From the NCBI RefSeq assembly GCF_964213995.1, contig NC_135811.1, positions 77,004,001 to 77,068,000 of the forward strand: a stretch of DNA of 64,000 nt, in the 5' to 3' direction. The notes under the pieces were generated by a model. The model had not been told where the DNA came from. It saw only the letters and a program-made list of their open reading frames with translations, and did no database searches. This DNA is from Mustelus asterias (taxonomy: Eukaryota). The number at the start of each line of letters is the position of its first letter. Positions within the stretch are counted from its first letter, which is position 1. Below, in pieces: positions 10,776 through 23,115 of this stretch. The position numbers were made by a program, and so were the translations under genes.

Positions 10776-11068
10776 TGGGGCAGCACAGTGGTTCGCACTG
10801 CTACCTCACAGCGCCAGGGACCCGGGTTCGATTCCCGGCTTGGATCACTGTCTGTGCAGAGTCTGCACGTTCTCCCCTGTGTGGGTTCCCTCCGAGTACT
10901 CCGGTTTCCTCCCACAGTCCAAAGATGTGCGGGTTAGGTTGATTGGCCATGCTAAATTCTCCCTCAGTGTACTCGGAACAAGCACCAGAGTGTGGCGACT
11001 AGGAGATTTCCACAGTAACTTCATTGCAGTGTTAATGTAAGCCTACTTGTGACACTAATAAATAAACT
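10776..11068 (+). mobile_element. V-SINE with alternative tail
   Basis: HE1 head and V-domain, then ttctccctcagtgtac…tgtgacactaataaataaac. Confidence 0.85.
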
Positions 11069-11179
11069 AAGAAAAGTCCTGCGAAGCAGGGGGAGTTTTT
11101 ACTCTGTTAAAGGTGGTACATAATTACAAGATGCTGATGTAGTTTTGAACAATCTCTTCAGTATGCGATGGACCCTCAC

Positions 11180-11257
11180 CATGATTGACTTTGAAACGCA
11201 GCTTCTGTATAATCGCCAGATTGCCACTGACACGGTACAAGCCATCAATGTCCAAAC
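11180..11257 (-). CDS. arhgap27: RhoGAP exon with arginine finger (GLDIDGLYRVSGNLAIIQKLRFKVNH)
   Basis: cctgttag|GT ... G|gtgagg; 78 nt, phase 1/1; catalytic Arg in GLYRVSG intact. Confidence 0.95.
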
Positions 11258-12371
11258 CTAACAGGAGAGACAAGGAGGTCATTGAGAAGTCTTTATATGG
11301 CAGTTTTCAGAGAATCCTAGTGACAACAGGCCAGAAGGGTTTACGAAAGCATACCAAAGAATGACAATATCATGTTCAGTACCAAATTCAAAATAGGTGC
11401 CAGAAGTATAAACTGCACTAATCACATAGATTGTACAGCACATAAACAGGCCATTCAGTCCAAATGGTCTCTGCTGGTATTTATGTCCCCCACAGGCTCC
11501 TCCCAGCCACCTTCATCTCAGCCTATCCCTCAGCGTGTCCTCTCTTCCCTCCTCCCTCTTGTGTTTATTTAGCAGAAACCTTAAATACATCGATCGATTT
11601 ATTCTTGTGGTATCAAGTTTCACTTTCCAGTCACTCTCTGGGTATATTGGAACATAGAACTTCAGAGCAGGAGTAGGCCATTCGGCCCTTTAAGCCTGCT
11701 TCATCATTCGACTGGATCGAATGTAGTCTCCATTTTCCTGTCTGCCCCCCTACTCCACACTGACACAATCATTCCCAAACCATTATCTGGCCCAGCACTT
11801 CCTTTCAAACCCTCACTTTCTGGATCTCTTTTGCCAGGTTCCTGGTATGACATCATTGGTTTGGTCACAGCCCCATCAGATCAACTGGCCCAAAGCAGCA
11901 ACACTGGCTTTTCCCGACTCTCACCTGCTCTCTGATCCCTTTGCCCCCACTCAAGTGCTCAGGCCCCACTTCAGGTTTTGGTCTTCTGTTCCTCTGCTGT
12001 TGCATTCAAATAGCAGCGAAATCAGCTCCGCAGCTGTGGATAGTGTGGGTAAGACGCAGAGGAGAGTGCAGACAACAGGAAGGAGGGACTTACAGGAAGA
12101 AGGGGGGAGAATGAGAACCAATACTGAGCTGACACAAAGAGATTCGTTAACTGTCTCAGGAGACGGAAAGCATGCAAGACAAACATGATAGCGATAGAAA
12201 GAGTTAGAGAGAGTCAGATAGAACAAGTCGGAGAATTAGAGAAGATTTTGAGAGTGGAAGACAGCAAAAAGCTTGTCGGTGGAAGAGAAAGATGAGATTT
12301 CTTTTTGTGAATGATTACTATTCTATGAGACCAGCTTGCAAAATTAAAGATGAACTCATGGAGCTGAAGAA

Positions 12372-13975
12372 TCTATAAAATACCTACAGTACAGAAAAAG
12401 GCCATTCGACCCATCGAGTCTGCACCGACTCTCCAAAACAGCATCCAATCCAGGGTCTCCGCCTCCATCCTTTCCCCATAACCCCACACATTTACCTCAC
12501 TAATCCCCCTAAACTACACATCTTGGGAGACTAAGGGCCCTTTTTTACCATTGCATCGTGCCCGTTTTCGGGGGCGAAAACATGGTAAAGTCGACTGTGA
12601 GGCCATTAACACGATCCGCGCCCGTGTCCGCAGAGATGGCCACTTTACCGAGACCCGGGAACGGCCGCGATCCGATTCGTGCCCGAAACGGGCGCAACGG
12701 CGATTTAAATGCATTTGAAAGCATTTAAATTGAATTAATGAACTGCCCGCCCAACTTTATTCGCATTTCCCCCTTTCCCACCGTGTTCGCCGATCCGGAA
12801 TCGCGCCAAAATGGACCTGCTGAATAAAAGTCTGAATTGGGCGCTCCAGTTGCTGAAGAGGCGCGTTCAGAGCTTCCAACGGCAATCTGACTCAGAACGG
12901 TGGTGGGGTGGGGGGGGGAGGAGGAGGTGGGTCAGATGTATCTCTGGTGGGGAGGGGGTGGGGTGAGGGAGGCCCGATCGTTGTCCGGTTTGGGGGAGGG
13001 GGGTGGAGGGCCGATCGTTGTCTGTTGGTGGTGGTGGGGGGTGCAATCGTTGTCTGGTTGGGGGGGGAGGGAGGTGGGCCAGATCATTCTCTGATGAGGG
13101 GGCGGGGAGGGGGGAGGAGGTGGGTCAGATGTTCCCTTGGGGGGACGGGGGGACGGGGCGGTAGGCCAGATCATTCTCTGGCGGGGGGTGGGAGTGAGGC
13201 CAGATCATTCTCGGGGGGGTGGGGTGGGGGAGTGAGGTCGGATCATTCTCTTTGGGGGTGAGGGAGGGGGGGTGGAGGGGGTGAAATGAGGTCGGATCAT
13301 TCTCTGGTGGGGGGGGAGGCCTGATTGTTCACTGTTGGGGGGGGGGGGGCGGATGAATCTCTGGGAGTGTGGGGTTGAGGGGGGGTCCGCTGCCACTCTG
13401 CGGATAATCGGTGGGGGGGAAGGGGCAAGGGGTCGTGATCGGTCTGGGAAATGGGGGGTAGGTGGATAAGGGGGACAATGATGTCTGTGGGGGCCATCGC
13501 CCCCGCTTTTCACTCCCGGACCACTTTCTCCGCTTTCTGTGGCTCGGGAGTGATCTGACACGGGCGTGCTTTTTAAATTTTTGTTCTCACTGCGCATGCG
13601 CAGTTCAGAGCTCTGATCGTTTTGGGTGTGCTAAGCCCTGCCCACAGCGCAAATGGTACCCACGATCTTTTTTTTCAGGCTAAGTGCTAATGGGGGTGCC
13701 TGAAAGCAGATTTCCAAGTCGGATCTGAATTGCGCCCAGATTCAGCACTTAGAAAGCAAATGGTAAAATCAGGCCCTAAGGGTCAATTTAGCATGGCCAA
13801 CCCACCTAAACTGCACATCTTTAGACTGTGGGAGGAAACTGGAGCACCCGGAGGAAACCCACGCAGGCACGGGGAGAACATGCAAACTCCGTACAGTCAC
13901 CCAAGGCCAGAATTGAACACAGGTCTCTGGCGCTGTGAGGCAGCAATGCTGACAACTGTGCCACCATGCCACCCA
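12372..13975 (-). mobile_element. HE1-like V-SINE split by a DNA-transposon insertion
   Basis: tail half 12372-12534 and head half 13777-13975 rejoin at gactaa|gggtcaatttagcatggcc. Confidence 0.85.
12535..13776. mobile_element. Non-autonomous PIF/Harbinger-like DNA transposon with internal G-rich minisatellite
   Basis: TAA target duplication (12532-12534, 13777-13779); TIRs gggcccttttttaccatt / aatggtaaaatcaggccc; CpG-rich. Confidence 0.75.
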
Positions 13976-14054
13976 TTACCATCCAGTGCTGTCCATTGAC
14001 AGCAATCAGGAGTAATGGCTGAGACACGCGCCTCACACTGGTAGGTGACATTAC

Positions 14055-14153
14055 CTCGTTTCTCCACAGCTTCGATGCACTTCACGACAAAGTGAGGCAC
14101 TGTGGTGATCTCTCGCCGGCACAGATCCTCCAAACCGCAGCCAAATACTTGAT
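14055..14153 (-). CDS. arhgap27: RhoGAP domain exon (DQVFGCGLEDLCRREITTVPHFVVKCIEAVEKR)
   Basis: ttttacag|AT ... G|gtaatg; 99 nt, phase 1/1. Confidence 0.95.
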
Positions 14154-14704
14154 CTGTAAAACACAAAGTGAACATTGCTGAGCCTCTGGCCATTAAACGA
14201 TCTCTTGCGGCCTTACTGGGCTAACGCCATTGAAACTGGAAAAGTCAGAGAAGTGAATGATCTGACTGGTTAAGGCAGGGCCAGAGAGAGTGCTGGAAAC
14301 TCTGTAGATATACCCATGGTACATTATTTCACAAAGTGTATACGGTTACATGCACACTACAGTTACCTTAACATAAGAAATGTACAGTACTTGCAAACTT
14401 AATCTTTAATTTATATATGTTCAAAACAATGGTCAGAATTTTCTGGTCATTCACACCAGTGGGATTCACTGGTTCCGCCTTAGTGAACGGAGATTTCCTG
14501 AGCACCAAATTGTCCATCGTCGCTTGCAGCAGAGCGGGGCATGAACGGGCAAAATATTCCGGCTGATATATCTGATTACATTAACATTCATAATATAAAC
14601 ATACCAACACACTGATTGGATTAACATGGAGGGAGGCCGTATGCTACCGTACGTGCATGCAGTAATATAAGAGGGAAACTAATAGCGTCTAGACACTAAT
14701 GTAA

Positions 14705-15405
14705 GGGGAGACGGTGACGTAATGTCAGTGCATTAGGAATCCAGAGGTTCAGGTAGACACAGGTTCAAATCTCACAATTGCAGTTGATGGAATTTAAATT
14801 AAATTCAATTAACAGAATAAAAAGGCTAAAAACGGAAACGATTGTCGTAACGTCCTTCAGAGAAGGAAATCTGCCATCCTTACCTGGTCTGGCCTCCAGG
14901 TGAAACTTAACTGCCCTCTGAAATGGCCGAGCAAGCCAGTCACTTGTACCAAGCTGCTACTAAGTTCTGAAGGAATGAAACCAGATGGACCACCAGCATC
15001 AAGGCACCAGAAAAGACAATGGCAAAACCAGTCTGGTCGACCTTGCGAAGTCCTCCTTACCAGCACTGAGGGCACAGAATGTACTCTGGGTGGGGGATTT
15101 CAATGTTCATCACCAAGAGTGACCAAGTTGGCTGGGTCCTAAAGGACATAACTGCTAGACTGGGTCTACAACAGGTGGTGAGGGAACCAACAAGAGTGAA
15201 AAGCATACCTGACCTCAGGCCCATCAGTCTGCCTGTTGCAGATGCATCCGACCATGACATGATTGGTCAAGTTGACCACAGTACAGCCTTGTGAAGACAA
15301 AGTCCCATCTTCACATTGAGGATACTCTACAGCGTGTTGTGTGGCACCGTACTAAATGGGGTAGATTTTGAAAGGATCTAGCAGCTCAAAAGTGGGCAAC
15401 CATAG
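14705..15405 (+). mobile_element. tRNA-SINE head and body fused to a LINE AP-endonuclease remnant
   Basis: 14705-14945 matches the SINE at 60132; then AQNVLWVGDFNVHHQE, LGLQQVVREPTR and IGQVDH motifs. Confidence 0.7.
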
Positions 15406-15538
15406 TCATCGTCTCCCCAATCATCAACTTTTCTATGTCGTTTTGAAGTTCTACTCCATCCTTCTCACAGTTCACAACACTTCCACGTTTCACATCATCA
15501 GCAACTTTTGAAGTTGTGCCGAGTGCACCAATGTCTAT

Positions 15539-15679
15539 GGGCGGGATCTTCCGGCCACGCTTGGCCCAAATTTGGAAAATCCCACCTGAAGTCAATGGAC
15601 TTTTGCATGGTCTGCCCCCCTCCCCCCACACCCCACCCGCTACGATTCCTGTGGCGGGCGGGACAGGATAATTCCCCCC
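15539..15679. mobile_element. Short MITE
   Basis: TIR-like gggcgggatcttcc / ggataattcccccc, flanked by tat on both sides; abuts a minus-strand CR1 RT fragment (15415-15538). Confidence 0.55.
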
Positions 15680-17209
15680 TATGTTTCCAATCTGTCCACT
15701 TGTGTTTTCATTTACATGTCTCAACCGTGCTCTGTCCAGACCACAGATCTACTGCCCTTGCAGCTCCTCCAATCACAGTTTCTGTCTCTGGAGGAGCAGC
15801 AAGATTGGGAGAGAGGGAACCTCCGATTGGGGGAACGGGGGGGGGGGGGGGGGCGGGGGGGTGCTGGACCTCCTGTCCCTGAGGGGCAGAAGTCCCACTC
15901 TTACCTCATTAAGCTGCTGTAACTCTATTATTGCTACAGGGCAGCCATATTTAGTGCTGGTGTAGGGTGGGGTTCGGGTGTTAGGGATGGGTGGTAAGGA
16001 ATGTGTCCCCCTATAAAATTCACCCAAAAACTCCGCCAATGTCAGCAATTTCCTCTGTCTTTCCAGCAATCCCTCAAAACGAGGACGATGCTTGCCACAA
16101 TGCCTGAGGCAAGAGCTTGCGTGTGGAGTCTTTTAACACGGCGATGAGTCAGCGATTGGGACTGAGATGAAGATCCAAGGGTTGTGTTTGGAATTCTCTA
16201 CCCCAGAGGGCTGTGTCACTGAGTATATTCAGGACAGAGGTTGATGAGATTTTGGGTATGAAGTGAATTAAGGGATGTGGGGATAATGGAAGGAGGTGGA
16301 GTTGATGTAGACGATCAGCCATGACCTTGCTGAATAGCAGAGCAGATTTGACGGGGTGGCACAGTGGTTAGCACTGCTGCCTTAGAGCGCCAGGGACCCG
16401 GGTTCAATTCCGGCCTTGGGTGACTGTCTGTGTGGAGTTTGCATGTTCACCCCTTGTCTGTGTGGGTTTCCCCTGGTTCTCACCACAGCCCAAAGATGTG
16501 CATGTTAGGTGGATTTGCCATGATAAAATTGCCCCTTAGTGTCCAAAGATATAATGTCCAAAGATATGAAGGGCCAAACGGCCTACTCCAGCTACTACTT
16601 CTTCCGCTCTCATGTTTTCATGATTGCCATCTGATATTTCCAGTACCATGGGAACACAGACCTTGATGGAACAGTCATGATGGGCCCACTGTTCTTCTGT
16701 TGTGCTTTTAATTCCTGTGACGTTATGAGGCGGACAAAGACATGTTGGAACTTAGAACAAAAAGCGATGGATTTACTGGAAGATTATGAGGTATGCCAAA
16801 TATTTATAAACATTTACTAGTTTTGCTTTCTGCGGTTCTCATGATTGTGCGTATTCTCATGTTCTCTATTCATCTGTTTGAGACAGGATGTCAAATGTTG
16901 ATCGCTAACTCACTACAGCACAGTGGCTAATTAGTGAACAGGCGGGACTGTGAAACCTTGCAAACTGCTTGGTTTTGGGCTTTTCTTGTCACACAGCAAT
17001 GTAGTGATAGAGTGAAGACAGGTCAATAAGGTTGGGGGCGAAAATGGCGGTTTGGCGGTCAATGATGACGCCAGTTTTGAAGTCTCAAGTTAACTTGCTG
17101 CTTTTCTTAGCGCTCTGCCTAAAACAAGATGGCCGTCAGGGATTTGTGGTCTGTGGAATGCCCAGTGCCCTTCAATTGCCACAATGCAGTCTCACGCTGC
17201 CTCCCTTAC

Positions 17210-17338
17210 CTTGGATATAACCCTTTTCCCTCACACTCTGCAGGGTCGGTCTCCGGAGGAGGAATTTTTTTAATTTGGACTTTGCTTTCTTGTGGTCTGC
17301 GCTTTCAGTAGTGTTGGCCACGGAATTCCTGGGAACAT
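17210..17338 (-). CDS. arhgap27: ARHGAP27-like exon (…KAKSKLKKFLLRRPTLQSVREKGYIQ)
   Basis: tacttcag|AT ... G|gtaagg; 129 nt, phase 1/1; family signature KLKKFLxRRPTLQ.VREKGYI. Confidence 0.95.
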
Positions 17339-17974
17339 CTGAAGTAAAGAGATGAAAAGGAAGAGTTAATGCCAGCGTCACCTCTAGTATGTTGGGGGTG
17401 ATGGGGTTCCAAGCAGAGCAAAGCATCAAGGGCAAAGAACTGCACCCACCGTCGCAGCATCAAGGAGCAAACCGTTGACATGATGCTTCAAGGTGTTCTC
17501 TGGCAGGCCTGCATTTTATTCTGTAAATCATACACCACAGGAGGCCATTTGGTCCATCGTGCCTATGTCAGCTCCTTTAAGGAACTATCCCTGCAAATTT
17601 TCTCCCTCCAGTATTTTGAAAGTTATTATTGAATCTGCATTGAGACTGAATGGTGTAAAATCAATCATCTCACCTCCCCTTGAGGACTTTTATCAATACT
17701 TAAATCTCTGCCCTCTGGTTATAGTGCCCCCCACCCTGCCCAGTTCTCCCAGTAAGCTCTGTGCGTGCACAGCCATTCAGTCACTTGAGAGGTACTGCAT
17801 AGGCCTTGTACACTGAGAAATATTGGGTGTGCACAGTGGTGCAAAAGGATTGTGCACTGAGATTTACAGGCCACGCACAGTTACATTTCAAAGGGAACGC
17901 TTGATCCTCATTAAACCACTGTTTCCGTTCCAAATTTCCAGTATTTAAAGTTTGGTCCGGGAATTCCATGGGAA

Positions 17975-18630
17975 TGAGATATTTTTAAAGTGCAGTTCCT
18001 GTTGCAAACTAGGGAAAAATGACAGTCAAAATACACAGAGAAAGATCCCACAAACAATGATCAGATCATCTGTTTTTAGTAAGGTTGCTAGAGGAATAAG
18101 CATTGGCCAGAACTGCCTTTCTCTCCATCAAATATTTAAAGTTTTAAGCTTATTTATTATTGTCACAAATAGGCTTACATTAACACTGCAATGAAGTTAC
18201 TGTGAAAATCCCCCAGTCGCCACATTCCGGCACCTGTTCGGGTACACTGAGGGAGAATTTAGCACGGCCAATGCACCTAACCAGCACGCCTTTCAGACTG
18301 TGGGAGGAAACCAGAGCACCCGGAGGAAACCCACGCAGACACGGGGAGAATGTGCAGACTCTGCACAGACTGTGACCCAAGCTAGGAAGTGAACTTGGGT
18401 CCCTGGCACCGTGAGGCAGCATTGCTAATCACGGTGCCAACGTGCCACCCCATTGATCTGGGATATCGATCCGAGAAGGAAGGCGGGGACCTGCTTTTCA
18501 CATCTCATACAAAACATAGTACTGTTGACAGTGCAGCATTCCCTCAGTACTGCGCTGCAGTGTCAGCCTCGAGTTTGTGCTCAACCCTCTAGAGGGATTT
18601 AAACCCCAAACCTCATGATTCAGAAAGGAG
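17975..18630 (-). mobile_element. Old Deu-domain SINE relic (AmnSINE1/SacSINE1 type), interrupted by a V-SINE
   Basis: minus strand gcagtactgagggaatgctgcactgtc is the Deu-domain signature; related relics at about 57140-57290, 59530-59670 and 60050-60130. Confidence 0.55.
18137..18450 (-). mobile_element. V-SINE with alternative tail
   Basis: same tail as 10776 copy. Confidence 0.85.
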
Positions 18631-18877
18631 AGTGTTTTAGAAAGTTTTGGATAAGAATAGCAGCTGGAACGGATAAATCCTGGACAATGTGAAAAGATGG
18701 AAGGATTAGCATTGTGGGAAGCTGAGATCAAATGGTCTGAAGGGTCTTCTTCATCCAGGCTGATCCTGTGATGTGGCAGTTTCTAGATGAATCATGACTG
18801 GAACTTGTTGGATCAAGATCCTGGAACTTCCTCCCTAACAATGCCATGAAGAGTGCATGCACCTCATGGACTATAGC

Positions 18878-19260
18878 AGGAGAGAAGGTGGTGCGGTGGT
18901 ATTCTTACTGGATGAGTAATCCAGAGACCCAGGGTAATACTCTGGGGACCTGCGTTCGAATCCCACCATGGCAGATGGTGAAATTTGGATTCAATAAAAA
19001 TCTGGAATTAAAAGTTTAATGATGACCATGAAACCATTGTCAATTTTGCAAAAACCCATCTGGTTCACTAATGTCACTTAGGGAGGGGAATCTGCCGTCC
19101 TTACTGGGTTTGGCCTTCATGTGACTCCAGAGCCACAGCAATTTGGCTGATTCTTAAATGCCTTCTGAAATGGCCGAGCAAGCTACTCAGTTCAAGGGAC
19201 AATTAGGGACGGGCAATAAATGCCCGTGATGCCCACATCCCATAAATTAATTTTTAGAAA
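18878..19260 (+). mobile_element. tRNA-headed SINE family B, nested in a LINE 3' fragment
   Basis: ggtggtatt…gttcgaatccc head; ctggttcactaatgtc…gaatctgccgtccttac body; gggcaataaatgc tail. Confidence 0.8.
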
Positions 19261-19613
19261 GTTCAAGTAGGCAGTTCACCACCACCTTCTCTGGGGCAAT
19301 TAGGAATGGGCAATGAATGCTGGTCTTGCCACTGACACTCGCCCCATGAAGGAATAATTTTTTTAAAAATCAGTAAAAGTGGAAATGTTATGCCCCCTCG
19401 AGAAAATTATTGGGAATGGGAATTGGCGGCATATTGCGAAAAAAAATGGAAAAGTCAAGGGTCGATATGCACTTGCCACACTTCAGATTGTCAAATTCCC
19501 AGGAGAGAAGCAGAGTCTATCGTCATTCCCAAAATGGCTGCCAATTCCCATCGGCACAGACCGAGTGAAGCAATCTTCCCAACATTGCGAGGAAATAGTG
19601 CAGGGCAAAGGGA

Positions 19614-19717
19614 TGGAGATCCACCCACTTGAGGGACTGGAGATCCACCCACTTGTGAGACTGGAGATCCACCCACTTGTGGGACTGGAGATCCACCCAC
19701 TTGCGGGACTGGAGATC
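19614..19717. repeat. 24-bp minisatellite, about 4.3 copies
   Basis: unit tggagatccacccacttgNgggac. Confidence 0.9.
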
Positions 19718-19820
19718 GGTTTTGAGGCTGTTCAGTTTAAGTCTGTGATATGAGAATCGGAAATTGGTCTGCCGCTATTGGAAAATAAATAAAACTCTAC
19801 AAACTCATTCAGAGACTTAC

Positions 19821-19917
19821 TGCGATTTTTCTTCTCATCCCTGTCTTTGGCGTTGTACTTCTCAGGCCCGGCTAACTCAGAAACAGCATCAACTTCATCT
19901 GCGCTGATTGTGTCCAA
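19821..19917 (-). CDS. arhgap27: ARHGAP27-like linker exon (LDTISADEVDAVSELAGPEKYNAKDRDEKKNR)
   Basis: tattaaag|TTG ... A|gtaagt; 97 nt, phase 0/1, supplies the phase shift needed by the next exon. Confidence 0.85.
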
Positions 19918-20289
19918 CTTTAATAGAAATCAAAAGAGAAAATCATTGAGGCATTGCCACTCCTCATGAATATTTATGGAGTAGCTTCATTCAGCCACCG
20001 CAGGATGTCACAGAAAAATGTAACCAGGAGGATGTTGGATAAGGACATGTTCTGCCACAACCGCACCCATTGTTGCATTCTACAAACCACCTGCAGACTG
20101 CAGCAGGCCAGATGCTTGCCATGTACATGGTAATAATAGACAAATGAGGGGTAACAAATAAAACTGGGAACATTCCTGCAGCTGGGAGATTGTTCTTTGC
20201 GTACTTTGGCTCTGATTTCACTAAGGAGAGGGATGATGCAGACATTTTAGTTAGAGGAGTGTGAAATATTAGATACATTATGGGGTGCA

Positions 20290-22540
20290 ATTCTAGATTT
20301 AGTCTTCAGATCTGAAGTTGGACAAGTGAATGAAGTACCAATGGGAGATTATGTTGGAGATAGTGACCATGATATAGTTAGATTTAGTATAATTATGGAA
20401 AAAGACAAAGCTAGAACAGGAGTAAAAGTTCTAAAATGGGGGAAGACAAATTTTGCAAAGCTGACAGATGAGCTGGCAAGAATAGATTGGATACAGAAAG
20501 GAAAACTGAGTGAAAGCAGCAGGAGACACTCAAGGGTGAAACTCTACGGGCACAGTGTAAGCATGTCCCCATAAAGAAAGAGGGTGGTACTTCCAAATCT
20601 AGAGCCCCCAGGTTATTCTGATGCACACAGGCCAAGATAAAGCAGAAAAAGAAAACTTAGCACAGTCACTGAAGACTTAAGAGAAAGTACAGGGGTGAAG
20701 TAAAAATGGATATTAGGAAAGCAAAGAGAGGATATGAAAAACTGTTGTCAGGTTAAAATCAAAGAAAACCCTCTGCTGTTTAACCAATACATTAAGAGCA
20801 AGAGAATGACTAAAGAAAAATTTGGGCCCATCAGAGATGTGTATGGTAACTTGTGGTTATTTCAGAATATGGGGGCAGGGTTCTCAATATGTACTTTGTC
20901 TCTGTCTTCACTGAGAGGGATGATGCAGACGTTTACTTATAGGAAGGAATGCGAAATATTAGATACAATAAGCATAGTGAAATACTGGAGAGACTGGCAT
21001 TCTTGAAGGTGGATAAATCACCAGGACCAGATGGATTGTGTACAAAGCTGTTGAAGACACAGGGGAAGTAGATGCTCTGAGGATCATTTTCCAATCTGTA
21101 CTAGATATAGATGAGATCCCAGAGTATTGGAGGTCTGCGAATGTTGTACCATTGTTTATAAATGGTGAGGGGGATCGGCCTGAAAATTATTAGCTTGTCA
21201 GTCTGGCTTCGATGGTGGGTAAATTATCGGGAACAATTCTGAGAGACAGGATGAGCTGTCACTTAGTAGGGCACAGATTGATCAGGGATAGTCAGCGTGA
21301 TTTGTTACGGGAAGATTGTGTCTTACTAACTTGAGGCAGTAACAAGGAGCATTGATGAGGGTAGTGCAGTGGATATTGTCTGCATGGACTTCAGTAAGGC
21401 ATTTGACAAGGTCCCAGATGACCGACTGGTCAGAAAAGTGAGACTTCATGAGAGATGGGGGAAGGATCACATTGGATCCAAAACTGGCTCAGTGACAGGA
21501 TGTTTTTGTGAATGAAAGACAGTTTCCAGTAGTGTTCCACAAGGCCTAGTCTTGGGACCCTTGCTGTTTCACAGAATGATAGAATCCTTACAGTGCAGAA
21601 GGAGGCCATTCGGCTCATCGAGTCTGCACCGACCACAATCCCACCCAGGCCCTATCCCCATAACCCCACACATTTACCCTGCTAATCCCCCTGACACTAG
21701 GGTCAATTTAGCATGGCCAATCAACCTAACCTGCACATCTTTGGAGTGTGGGAGGAAACCGGAGCACCTGAAGGAAACCCACACACACACGACGAGAAAG
21801 TGTAAGCTCCACACTGACAGTGACCCGAGGCCAGAATTGAACCCGTGGCGCTGTGAGGCAGCAGTGCTCACAACTGTGCCATTGTGCTGTCCCTAAAATT
21901 TGGTTCGTTGTATATGTTAATGATTTAGACTTAAATGTTGGTGGCATGATTGGGAAATTTGCAGATGACACAACAATTGGTCGTGTAGTTGATACTGAAG
22001 AGGAGAGCTGTCAACTTCAGGATGATATCAATGGTTTGACTGAGTGGGCAGAGAAATGGCAAAATGGAATTCAATCCGGAAAAGTGGTTGGGAAAGGCAA
22101 ACAAAACAAAGAAGTGTTTAATAAACAGGAAGATGTCGAGAGGGGTTGAGGAAGTGAGAGACCCTGGAGTGCATGTCCATAGGCTCCTGAAGGTGGCAGG
22201 TCAGGTGGGCAAGATGGATTTCCTTTATTGGGCGAGGTATTAAATACAAAAGCAGAAATGTAATAACGAAACTGATTAGGCCACAGCTGGAATTGTGTGT
22301 ACAGTTCAAGTCCCAACATTACAGGAATTGCTCTGGACAGAGTGCAGTGGAGATTTATAAGAATGTGGCCAGGGCTTAAAAATTGCAGCTGCGAGGAGAG
22401 ATTGGACAGGCTAGGATTGCTTACCTTAGAAAAGAGGAGGCTAAAGGGTGACATATTGTGGTGTACAAAATTATGACGACCCTAGATATGGCGGACAGGA
22501 AAGACTTGTTTCCCCTTTAAGAGGCCAATTACCGGGGGCT
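20290..22540 (+). mobile_element. Degenerate CR1 LINE ORF2 (endonuclease end + RT)
   Basis: GDSDHDIVRF, MDFSKAFDKVP, YVNDL…KFADDT motifs with stops and frameshifts. Confidence 0.85.
21570..21892 (-). mobile_element. HE1-like V-SINE nested in CR1 RT
   Basis: complete copy between the CR1 LGPLLF and VVYVNDL segments. Confidence 0.85.
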
Positions 22541-23115
22541 TTGCATTGAGAATGCAAAGAGGGTCTTCTGGGATTAGTCTCGAGACCAACCACCCATCAA
22601 GGAAGTGTCAAAATACACAAGCACCCTTCCTATAGCCTGCATCGTACAGCAGTTGAGAGGAAGGAGGGGGCCTTACTTGGCAGGGCCCCAGGAGGGAAAG
22701 AGACAAAATACATTTCTGAACAAGTCAATGCACATCGGGTGGAATTTTGTCCGTGCCCCCCATGGCGTGTTTTGCGGTGGCGGAGGTGGCTTGCCATTGA
22801 CTGGCTGGCAGCAGGACTGGAACTGCCAATGGAGTTTCCCATTCATTGCACCCTTTGCCACCAGGGTTCCTCTGGTGAGGGGGTTGCTGTCAGCAAGGCC
22901 GGAGAATCCTGTCAACAGGAATGCCTGGAAAATCCCGCCTGATTGTGGCAATAGGTTTTAGTGGAGCTGTTGAAGTGTTTAAAAGGATATTTTCCTTTGG
23001 TTTGGAGACAATGGTACTTCCGGTGAATATTCCCAGCCTGTGGCTTAATTCCGCCCCCTTCCTCTCCCCCCTCCGTCCATTAGATCTATGTCTTGCTTCA
23101 ATTTTAGTCACCTAC

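Noticed and set aside
12900-13600. Gly/Pro-rich ORFs and apparent CpG-island promoter
   Set aside because: Explained by the minisatellite inside the TAA-flanked transposon
19614-19717. CRISPR-like array
   Set aside because: Head-to-tail repeats without spacers in a vertebrate intron
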